From the NCBI GenBank assembly GCA_001820215.1, contig MHOW01000006.1:47039-111038 (forward strand): a stretch of 64,000 bases of DNA. The letters are read 5' to 3'. A model generated the notes under the pieces. It was not told the DNA's origin. It searched no databases and worked only from the letters and a program-made list of their open reading frames with translations. Both the position numbers and the translations under genes were made by a program. Positions 56,091 to 64,000 of this stretch are shown piece after piece (the stretch's first letter is position 1; every line of letters begins with the position of its first letter). Source of the stretch: Candidatus Staskawiczbacteria bacterium RIFCSPLOWO2_01_FULL_33_13 (GTDB taxonomy: Bacteria > Patescibacteriota > Minisyncoccia > Minisyncoccales > Staskawiczbacteraceae).

Positions 56091-59000
56091 TTACCCTTTT
56101 TCTTTTAATTTTTCTTGCATAATTTCTCCCTTCATTTCATCGGCTATAACTTCATAAGCATCTTCAAGGCTCATATATTCTCTTCCTGTTTCTTTAATTC
56201 TTTTATTTAACTCTATCATTCTTTCTGCTATTTTTGCTTTTTCCATATCAGTGAATTCTTCCTTCCCTTCTATTCTAGCTTTTATTCTTTTTAAATATTC
56301 TATTGGATTTGTTTTAAAACCATATTTCCCTCCCCATTGTGCGATATCTTGAGCCTTGTCCTTATCTGTTGCTTTACTTGCTGCTCTTCTTTTTGCTGTA
56401 AGTTTTTCTCTTAGAATTTTTCTCTTTTCTTCTTCAAATCTTCCAGAATAATACTTGGGATCTTTATTAAAACTATTTGAATCTTCAAATACTGCCTTTA
56501 GTTCTCCAAAAGAAGGAAATGTTGGAGGAACTCCAGAAGCATCATATTGTTTTGCAGTTGATTTATTTGATTTTTTTAAATCAACGATTTTTTCTATTAA
56601 ACCATCCCTCTCATTTGTTGTAAGTTTTATGCCCTCTTGTTTCATCTTTTTTGCTTCAACATGATTATAAGCCTCTTTGTGGCTTATAAATGGTGTCTGT
56701 TCATCAATGCCGTATTCTTTTAATTCATCTAGGATTTTTATAGATTCATCTCTTTCTCCTGGAGATAGTTGACCTTCATCTACCCTCTTTTTTCTTAGTA
56801 TTTCTTTTCGGCGAACTTTTGCTCTTAATCCTGCCACTTCCCCTGCTAATTGCTTTTGTTCCTCTTCACTTAGATAGCCCCCACCTATTTTAGAAACTAC
56901 TCCCAAGGCTTCAGTAGTTTCATCTTTTTCTATTTTCGCTTCATCTACTGGGCTCATTCTTATTTCTCCAAAATTCCCCTTAACACCAACTATCTTAGAC
57001 CCTTCTCCTGGTCGCATTTGTGGATCATATGGCTTTGTGTCATCTGGTTTTGCTTCTTCTATGTTTTGTTCGGGTAATTTGTTTGCGCCAGTTACAAATG
57101 CTCTTAAATTTTCTGCTTCCTCAGAACTTGTGCCGACTCCTTGCACATATTTTTCTAGATCCTTAAATCCCTCCGGAGAATTACCGGCTCGATGTATTGC
57201 TTTGGTTGTATAAAATCTCTTTCTAATTTCTTCTTTAACTTCTTTAGTAGCCCCACTTATGGCATCTTCCATCATTGCGCTAGGAATTTGGGCTAAATTC
57301 TTAATGTATTCTGGATCGTCAACATCGGCAACCAAAGATGCATATACCGCTTTTTTTAATTTTGGACCTGCCTTGTCGTCAACAGCTCTCATTTGTTGTG
57401 GGCTATTTGCAATTTGCCTAGCGATTACTGCACCGTATTTTCCACCCAAAACCGAAGAGTCAAGGCGTTCTATATCATACGCGTTTAATGTTTCAGCTTT
57501 TCTTCTAACTACTTCTTCTTTAGCTGCACTGTCTTCGCCAAAAATATGAATACCATCAGAATCTGTTTCGCTCTGTATTCTTTTTACAGCTTCCTTGTCA
57601 AATGCATTCATTCTTATATCTTGTTTCTGATAGTTTCTCCTAGTACTTAAGCCATAATAATCATTTTCTTTCAATAGTTGGTCAATTTTATTTGGATCAG
57701 TTTCCTTGGTATGAAGAAGTTCTCTTCTTGTTAATTCATCTGTAGCCGCTGCTCCTCTCCAGCCACCCTCATCAACCATGGTACGCAAGTCTATATCTGA
57801 AGCCTCTGTTGCAAACTTTCTATCAGCAGTAGAAGCCGCTTGTCTAGTTACTATTTGTTCAGCTTGTTTTTTCATCATAGTGCCCAAAAGACTGTTTGGA
57901 TTAACTATATCGTCTTCGGTGTATTGAAGATCTCGGCCAGTTTTATTGTTGGCAAGATTAACACTACCAACAGCAGTTGTGCCAATAAGTTTTCTTTGCG
58001 CCTCTGCCATTGCCCCCTTATTTAATGTTGCATAATCAGGATCAAAACTTGCAATATCTCTAGCTGAAACCCCTTGGCTTACAGCTTGTTTTACTATTCT
58101 GTCACGCTGTGATTTATCTTTAATAGCATCAAGGGTGCCGTTTCTAGCTAACATTTCGGTGGCCACTGCGCTTTCGGCGGCGGTTCCATTTTCTGCTATG
58201 CTTGCAAGTTTTTTAACATCTTTTATGTTTTTAAATTGTTCTCTAACTGGATCCAATTCTTTTGCTTCTCTATCTTTTTTCACTGTTTCACTTTTGCCCT
58301 TGCCATAAATTTTATCTCTTCCCCAGCTAACTAAACGACTATCAGCTACTTTGTTTTTAACATCTTTTAGGCCATCGGTAATCCCGGTTCTTTTCATTCC
58401 AGCCATGGCGGTAGATGTACCACCCGTTATAATTGCCGATGCTATTTTTGTTGCAACGCTCATAACAGCGCTTGCTATGGGGCCGGATGATTTGTATGTA
58501 AGATGCATTCCTATTGCCAAAAATCCCACTACGATAATAAATTGAAATGTTAAATTTACTAATGCTGTTACGGTGTCTCCTGTAAAAACCCAATTATATG
58601 CCCGTAGCACATTTACCGATAAATTTAAGAAAAAAGCCGCTCCTAATCCAATAAAGCAATATTTTAAAAATTGACCCCACCAGTCTCCAAATAGTTTTTG
58701 GGCTTTTTCATAAGGGAATACATTTAAAGCAAAAGCTAGTGGGGACAATACAAACAAAATAGCTAAAAGCACATACCTTTGTATTAATAACAATGCAAAG
58801 CAAAATAAAATAAATGCCACAAAAAAATAAAGAGCATCAAAAAGCAAGTTAATGCCAAAATAGGCAAAAGCTTTATAAATATTTGTTTCGGCGATTGGTT
58901 CTAATTCCCAAATGGTTTCATTCCACACATCATCTATAATTAATACAATATTGGCTTCTTGATCGCCTCCCACCGTTAAACTTCTCATAATAATATTTGA

Positions 59001-59600
59001 TGAGTCAATAAACAATCCTACTAGCACCACGGAAAAATTAATTAAAATGGCGGTTATTATTATTTTAGGCAGTAAGGCTTTTGCCTTATCAACCATAAAT
59101 CCTAAAATCATCATGGTGCTGGCGGCTATAAATCCTAATACTATTAGCATATTGGCCCAGCTTTTTACCACATTCCATGCGGTGAGAAATTCGGCTCTCC
59201 TAGTTATTGAAAGGTCGGGGTTGTTTATCATTTGGTCTAATACAAACCTGAATAAAACCGCAGATCCATACGCTATATAGAAAAAGATAATAGAGATAAG
59301 ATTAGATATCAATACGACAATAGTAGCAGGCCAGTTAGTGCTTCCCGACATTGCTTCTGAAAATATTTCCCACCCTGTTGCAACAAGGTTTGCCATAAAT
59401 GCAATTCCTTGTGCGGTAAGAACTACGGCATTACCGCTACCAATAACAATATTGCCAAGTGTGGTGCTAAAATCAGTAAACCAGTTAGCTGAAGCTATAT
59501 TTGGCAGAGAAATTCCTATTAAAAAAGCAAACAAAAAAACAGAAAATAGTATTTTCTTTTGTTTAAATATTTTTAATATAGACCTAAAAAAATCAGGCAT
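56091..59600 (-). CDS. VirB6/TrbL-like polytopic membrane protein with long soluble C-terminal tail
   Basis: LP.III.A.LINFS, R...L.IL.VLSPLA, WW..F; about 770-aa charged tail. Confidence 0.75.
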   Translation of the reverse strand: MPDFFRSILKIFKQKKILFSVFLFAFLIGISLPNIASANWFTDFSTTLGNIVIGSGNAVVLTAQGIAFMANLVATGWEIFSEAMSGSTNWPATIVVLISNLISIIFFYIAYGSAVLFRFVLDQMINNPDLSITRRAEFLTAWNVVKSWANMLIVLGFIAASTMMILGFMVDKAKALLPKIIITAILINFSVVLVGLFIDSSNIIMRSLTVGGDQEANIVLIIDDVWNETIWELEPIAETNIYKAFAYFGINLLFDALYFFVAFILFCFALLLIQRYVLLAILFVLSPLAFALNVFPYEKAQKLFGDWWGQFLKYCFIGLGAAFFLNLSVNVLRAYNWVFTGDTVTALVNLTFQFIIVVGFLAIGMHLTYKSSGPIASAVMSVATKIASAIITGGTSTAMAGMKRTGITDGLKDVKNKVADSRLVSWGRDKIYGKGKSETVKKDREAKELDPVREQFKNIKDVKKLASIAENGTAAESAVATEMLARNGTLDAIKDKSQRDRIVKQAVSQGVSARDIASFDPDYATLNKGAMAEAQRKLIGTTAVGSVNLANNKTGRDLQYTEDDIVNPNSLLGTMMKKQAEQIVTRQAASTADRKFATEASDIDLRTMVDEGGWRGAAATDELTRRELLHTKETDPNKIDQLLKENDYYGLSTRRNYQKQDIRMNAFDKEAVKRIQSETDSDGIHIFGEDSAAKEEVVRRKAETLNAYDIERLDSSVLGGKYGAVIARQIANSPQQMRAVDDKAGPKLKKAVYASLVADVDDPEYIKNLAQIPSAMMEDAISGATKEVKEEIRKRFYTTKAIHRAGNSPEGFKDLEKYVQGVGTSSEEAENLRAFVTGANKLPEQNIEEAKPDDTKPYDPQMRPGEGSKIVGVKGNFGEIRMSPVDEAKIEKDETTEALGVVSKIGGGYLSEEEQKQLAGEVAGLRAKVRRKEILRKKRVDEGQLSPGERDESIKILDELKEYGIDEQTPFISHKEAYNHVEAKKMKQEGIKLTTNERDGLIEKIVDLKKSNKSTAKQYDASGVPPTFPSFGELKAVFEDSNSFNKDPKYYSGRFEEEKRKILREKLTAKRRAASKATDKDKAQDIAQWGGKYGFKTNPIEYLKRIKARIEGKEEFTDMEKAKIAERMIELNKRIKETGREYMSLEDAYEVIADEMKGEIMQEKLKEKG

Positions 59601-59611
59601 AATTTCTTACT

Positions 59612-59720
59612 ACTTTGAGTTACGAAATGCTCAAATAAAAAATGGGTTTCTGGTCTTTTATCCAAATTTTCAACCTAAAATTTGAAAAAAATACCTCGAA
59701 AGCATTTCGTAACTCAAAGT
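59612..59720. repeat. Family A element, internally deleted
   Basis: Perfect 20-bp arms actttgagttacgaaatgct / agcatttcgtaactcaaagt; interior matches the ends of the 23301 copy. Confidence 0.85.
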
Positions 59721-59768
59721 TATTCGAAAACTAGCGCAAATTAAGGAATTATATCACATGTTATTTAT

Positions 59769-60593
59769 TTATGGATGTTGATAACTATTTGCTAGATTTT
59801 TCCAATCTTCAATAGAAAGAGTTTCTGCTCTTTGTTTTGGATTGGTAGTATTTTTTAATAGCCACAAATTTACTTTTTCCCTGTTTATTTTTAATGATTT
59901 AGAAAAGTTATTTGCTAATTGTTTGCGTGGCTGACTGAAGCCAGATTTTACAATTTTAAAGAATTTTTCATGAGAAATTTCTTCAGATTTTTTAAAAGGA
60001 ATGATTTTTATAATCGCTGAATCAACCTTTGGAGAGGGCCAAAAGCATTTTTTTGAAATATAGGAAATGATTTTTGGTTTGGCATAAAATTGTACAGATA
60101 CTGAAAGTAAGCTCATATTGGGCGGACTAGAACAAATTCTTTGGCCCACTTCTTTTTGAACCATCAATACCATGCTCTCTGGGGGATTTGCAGATTCTAA
60201 AAATTTTCTAATGATTGGTGAGGTTATATAGTATGGGATATTGGCAACTACCTTATAGTGAGTTGGTAGTGAATAGTTGGTATCAAGGAGAGCGTTTCCA
60301 TGGATAATTTCTACATTTTTGTAATCTTTTAGAGTTTCTTTTAATATTTGCACCATTGCGTTATCTTTTTCTATTGCAATGATTTTTTTTGTTTTTTGCG
60401 CCAATTCTTTTGTAAGACCTCCCAAGCCTGGCCCTATTTCTAAAATGGTGTCTTTTGGGTTTAATTCTGCTGCTTCAATAATTTTATTTAAAGTAAAATC
60501 ATCTATTAAAAAATTCTGACCCATTGTTTTTGAGGGGCTTGAGTCATACTTATCTAAAAGATTTTTTATTTCATTTACAGAAAGTAAATTCAT
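59769..60593 (-). CDS. rsmA: 16S rRNA m6,2A dimethyltransferase
   Basis: GQNFL, LEIGPGLG.LT, IEKD, ANIPYYITSP, MVQKEV, F.PSPKVDSA, RAE.L. Confidence 0.95.
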   Translation of the reverse strand: MNLLSVNEIKNLLDKYDSSPSKTMGQNFLIDDFTLNKIIEAAELNPKDTILEIGPGLGGLTKELAQKTKKIIAIEKDNAMVQILKETLKDYKNVEIIHGNALLDTNYSLPTHYKVVANIPYYITSPIIRKFLESANPPESMVLMVQKEVGQRICSSPPNMSLLSVSVQFYAKPKIISYISKKCFWPSPKVDSAIIKIIPFKKSEEISHEKFFKIVKSGFSQPRKQLANNFSKSLKINREKVNLWLLKNTTNPKQRAETLSIEDWKNLANSYQHP

Positions 60594-60690
60594 TAGTTTT
60601 TGAATTATTTTTTCATTATATCATAATGAATAGGTTGTAAGTGAATCTATTGACCAAGGCTTTTGAGGATGATAAGATTAATGTATTACC

Positions 60691-61833
60691 TTGTTTACAT
60701 TTTTCTACAAAAAATTCATCTATTTGAAGAGCTTTGTTAAAGGTGAATCTAAAACCAAAAAAACCTCATCTGGATTTGCGCGGCACCTAGAATTTAAAAA
60801 GGGATTTTTGAAGAACCCGTTTTTTTATTTCGGGTTTTTTTCTTTGTTTTTATTTGGATTATTGTTTTTTAGTTCGGATGGTTTAGTGGGAATTAGCCAT
60901 TCTAAAAACAATGCAGCTGGATTTTACAAAAATATAGATAATTCAGAAAATAATGATTTATTTTTCAATCAAAATAAATTACTTGCTGTTGAAACCCCGG
61001 ATTTAAAAATAATCCAAGATAATTTTGTGTATGGTATTTCTACGCCTCATATTGTAACAACACAAGTTTTAGGTTCTATGTTTGGTGAATCTTCCTTGGT
61101 TGATAGAAAGGAAATCATTGAATATTCTGTTGAATCGGGAGATACTATTAAGGGCGTTGCAGGGAAGTTTGGCGTTTCGGAAGATACGATAGCTTGGGCT
61201 AATAATATTTCTAAAAATTCAGCCCTTAAGGTTGGCCAGACTCTTGTTATTTTACCGGTTTCTGGTGTTTTACATATTGTGAAAGCAGGAGATACTATAG
61301 GTGCAATAAGCAAAACCTATAAGGCAAAAATGGAAGATATTATTTCTACTAATAGCCTTTCGGGAGAATTAGATATTTTTATTGGGGATATTTTAATTAT
61401 TAAAGGCGGATCAATGCCCCCAAAACCAATATCTTCTATTGTGAGCGCACCTTTAAATGAAAGTTTGTTTATCTATCCAGCAGAGGGGCAAATTACCCAG
61501 GGACTCCATTTTTATAACGCGGTAGATCTTGCTAATAAATGCGGAGCTCCTGTATATGCTGCGGCTTCTGGTGTAGTACAGCGAGTAAGATATGGTTGGA
61601 ATTTTGGGGGTGGAAATCAGGTTACCATTTTACATGCAGGTGGAATTGTAACTTATTATGGCCACCTTATGACTATTTTTGTAAAACCCGGCGATAGTAT
61701 TGATGTGGGTCAAAGGTTGGGGCTTATGGGGAGCACGGGGCTTTCTACGGGATGCCATGTGCATTTTGGTGTTACTGGTGCCAAAAATCCCTTGGCTAAA
61801 TTTTTCATTGGAAGTGTGATTAAATATAAATAA
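60691..61833 (+). CDS. LysM + M23 peptidase
   Basis: Two LysM (Y.V.SGDT, H.VK.GDT); H..AVD, YGHL, STGCHVHF. Confidence 0.9.
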   Translation: MFTFFYKKFIYLKSFVKGESKTKKTSSGFARHLEFKKGFLKNPFFYFGFFSLFLFGLLFFSSDGLVGISHSKNNAAGFYKNIDNSENNDLFFNQNKLLAVETPDLKIIQDNFVYGISTPHIVTTQVLGSMFGESSLVDRKEIIEYSVESGDTIKGVAGKFGVSEDTIAWANNISKNSALKVGQTLVILPVSGVLHIVKAGDTIGAISKTYKAKMEDIISTNSLSGELDIFIGDILIIKGGSMPPKPISSIVSAPLNESLFIYPAEGQITQGLHFYNAVDLANKCGAPVYAAASGVVQRVRYGWNFGGGNQVTILHAGGIVTYYGHLMTIFVKPGDSIDVGQRLGLMGSTGLSTGCHVHFGVTGAKNPLAKFFIGSVIKYK

Positions 61834-61851
61834 ATATATGTCTTGGTAAAC

Positions 61852-61881
61852 ATAAAAAACAGCGCATGCGCTGTTTTTTAT
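61852..61881. terminator. Perfect 30-bp palindrome, bidirectional terminator
   Basis: ataaaaaacagcgca|tgcgctgttttttat. Confidence 0.75.
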
Positions 61882-61911
61882 TGTATTTAAATATTACTTT
61901 TAATTTTTTAA

Positions 61912-63435
61912 TTAGTCTTTTAGTCTATACATTAATGCTTCTGCGATGTGGTCGTGTTGAATATTTTCTGTTCCCGCTAAGTCAGCGATAGTACGAGCTA
62001 CTTTTAAAATTCTATGGTAACCTCGCGCAGAAAGTTTTCCCGAATCAACAAATTGTTTTAACAATATTTGAGACTTTGCATCATGAGTACAATACTTTTT
62101 AATTTCGGGGATTTGCATTTCAGAATTTACTAAAATTTTATCGTTTTTGAAACGCTCTTTTTGAATCTCTCGCACCCTTTCTATTTTTGCCTTTATAATA
62201 CTGCTTTGGTTATCAGTTGAGTCGTGATCTGCCAGTTTTTCATATTTTACAGCAGGAACTTCAATAAAAATATCAATTCTGTCCATTAGGGGCCCCGAAA
62301 GCTTCCTTTTATACATTGAAACTTGTGAAGGCGAACAGATGCAGGCTTTTTCTGGGCTATTTAAAAAACCACACGGACAAGGATTGCTGGCACCCACGAG
62401 CATAAATCGACTTGGAAATGTGAGAGTATTTTTAGCGCGTGAAATAGTAATCTTGCCTTCTTCTATTGGTTGCCTGAGTGATTCTAATACATCTCGATGA
62501 AACTCTGGAAACTCATCTAAAAATAAAACCCCTCTATGAGCTAGTGTAATTTCTCCAGGTCGCAATGGCGTTCCGCCACCTAACAATGAAGCTTCTGAGG
62601 CAATGTGATGAGGGGCACGAAAAGGCCTCTGGTTTACCATTGTTTCATTCTCTTTCAGTAAGCCTGCTACACTATAAATTTTAGTAACCTCTAAGGCCTC
62701 GGTAAAGTTAAGTGCTGGCAAAATAGAGGGAAGTGCTTTTGCTAATAAACTTTTTCCGCCCCCAGGAGGTCCAGAGAAAAACAGATTATGTGCGCCTGCG
62801 GCCGTAATTTCTAAGGCGCGCTTGGCATATTCTTGACCCTTCACCCAACTAATATCAACCATATTTCCTACCTGCGAGGGCGAGTCTTGGTTTTTGACTG
62901 TATGTGGCTCAATCTTTAATCTTTTCTCCAAGTAAGCAAGGGCTTCTGATAAAGAGTCAACGCCGATAATTTTTACTTCTTTAATTAAAGCAGCTTCATT
63001 AGCATTTTGCTTAGGTAAAATTAACTCTTCAAATCCCTTTTTTGCAGCCAATAACGCAAAAGACAAAGCTCCTTTTATGGGTCTTAGTTTTCCATCTAAA
63101 GAAAGTTCTCCTAAAAATATTTTGTCTTCCGGGTTAAAATTAGTTTGTTTTGAAGCAATTAAAAAAGCCAATGCAATTGGCAAATCGTACAAAGAACCCT
63201 CTTTTTTTAAGTCAGCCGGCGCTAAGTTTACTAAAATTCTAAGAGTTCTACTATGAGGTGATAATAATTTAGAGCTTTTAATTGCAGATTCTATTCTCTC
63301 TTGAGATTCTACAATGCTTTTGTCGGGCAGTCCAACAATAGTAAAAGATCGCAATCCGTGTGACACATCAATTTCTACTTCAACTAACTGTGCATCTAAT
63401 CCTACAATGGCAGCTGAAAAAACTTTTGAAGGCAT
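61912..63435 (-). CDS. comM: YifB/ComM Mg-chelatase-like AAA ATPase
   Basis: VGLPD, NLAPADL.KEG..YDLP, GPPG.GKS, RPFRAPHH, FLDE.PEF, NPCPCG, LSARG. Confidence 0.93.
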   Translation of the reverse strand: MPSKVFSAAIVGLDAQLVEVEIDVSHGLRSFTIVGLPDKSIVESQERIESAIKSSKLLSPHSRTLRILVNLAPADLKKEGSLYDLPIALAFLIASKQTNFNPEDKIFLGELSLDGKLRPIKGALSFALLAAKKGFEELILPKQNANEAALIKEVKIIGVDSLSEALAYLEKRLKIEPHTVKNQDSPSQVGNMVDISWVKGQEYAKRALEITAAGAHNLFFSGPPGGGKSLLAKALPSILPALNFTEALEVTKIYSVAGLLKENETMVNQRPFRAPHHIASEASLLGGGTPLRPGEITLAHRGVLFLDEFPEFHRDVLESLRQPIEEGKITISRAKNTLTFPSRFMLVGASNPCPCGFLNSPEKACICSPSQVSMYKRKLSGPLMDRIDIFIEVPAVKYEKLADHDSTDNQSSIIKAKIERVREIQKERFKNDKILVNSEMQIPEIKKYCTHDAKSQILLKQFVDSGKLSARGYHRILKVARTIADLAGTENIQHDHIAEALMYRLKD

Positions 63436-63441
63436 TTTTCA

Positions 63442-63523
63442 AGCGACACTAATTACTAATCCCACGCTAATTTACCAATATGATATTCGTAAATTCGAGT
63501 GTTATTTGTATATTGGAGTCGCT
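63442..63523. repeat. Gene-less copy of the GxxExxY-flanking inverted repeats
   Basis: 63485-63522 matches 29703-29740 at 32/38; arms joined by a 5-nt loop. Confidence 0.75.
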
Positions 63524-63527
63524 ATTT

Positions 63528-63890
63528 TTATTTATCTTCATTGCACTTCATACATAGCCTTGCTTCTGGGCATACTAGGAGTCTTTTTTCTTCTATATCT
63601 TTATTACATTTTTCACATTTTCCATATTCTTCTTTTGCAATTTTTTCCATGGCTAAATTCACATCTTTAAGCCTTAATTCAAGATTATGCTCTAGGCTGA
63701 TAAGATTGTCATATTCTTGTGATTCATCTGCTTCTTCCTCCATATTCCCTTTTTCTCGTTCAGAGTGGCGCACATCCCAATTATTTTTTATATTCTTATC
63801 CTCCTTAGCAAACATTTCCAATTCTTTTTCTAAGGCAGATTTTTCCTCTTTTAGCTGTTTTTTTAATTTTTCAATTAGTTCTTTTTTCAT
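63528..63890 (-). CDS. DksA/TraR C4 zinc-finger protein
   Basis: Coiled coil; YG.CEKC...I...RL...PEA.LC..C. Confidence 0.88.
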   Translation of the reverse strand: MKKELIEKLKKQLKEEKSALEKELEMFAKEDKNIKNNWDVRHSEREKGNMEEEADESQEYDNLISLEHNLELRLKDVNLAMEKIAKEEYGKCEKCNKDIEEKRLLVCPEARLCMKCNEDK

Positions 63891-64000
63891 TTTTACAAGT
63901 ATCTGTAACGATAATAATTACCAATTGTGCTTCGATCCATAAAAACCATTAAAAGTTTCTCGCAAAATAGATAAATTAGAATCGCTATTATTATTCGCTC

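Noticed and set aside
732-59720. CRISPR array
   Set aside because: Repeats are dispersed inverted elements, not regularly spaced direct repeats; no cas genes.
1427-63942. Numerous short antisense or overlapping ORFs in the six-frame track
   Set aside because: They lie opposite well-supported genes, have F/S/I-rich shadow composition and show no motifs.
63918-64000. Possible 3' end of a minus-strand gene (..FYGSKHNW*)
   Set aside because: Too little sequence to call.

Overview
AT-rich bacterial chromosomal segment containing the replication-origin gene cluster (dnaN-dnaA-rpmH-rnpA-yidC-jag). The gene content points to a Patescibacteria/CPR (Parcubacteria-like) genome; this is an inference from the dimeric GlyRS, stand-alone PolA 5'-exonuclease, PrgI/VirB4/VirB6-like cluster, pilin-like gene, ComM, DprA and acidic ORFans. 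Most genes are housekeeping, and there is one tRNA-Leu(CAA). The unusual layer is a dense set of small symmetric elements. (1) A free-standing LAGLIDADG gene sits between a truncated relic of the topA start (MDLVIVESPKL*) and a recoded replacement start (MILLVVESPTK), suggesting intron-less homing by gene-start replacement. (2) GxxExxY, four-helix-bundle and RAYT genes are each flanked by their own inverted repeats. The GxxExxY element has a clear gene-less copy elsewhere in the window, and the four-helix-bundle element a probable one. (3) Several families of non-coding hairpin/MITE-like elements have arms that co-vary within each copy. (4) About 16 short palindromic or heptameric elements lie in-frame inside housekeeping proteins (LeuS, TatD, UvrB, HolA, TsaE, MurE, PilB, RsmA and others). 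All calls come from motif recognition and manual inspection; no database searches were run.
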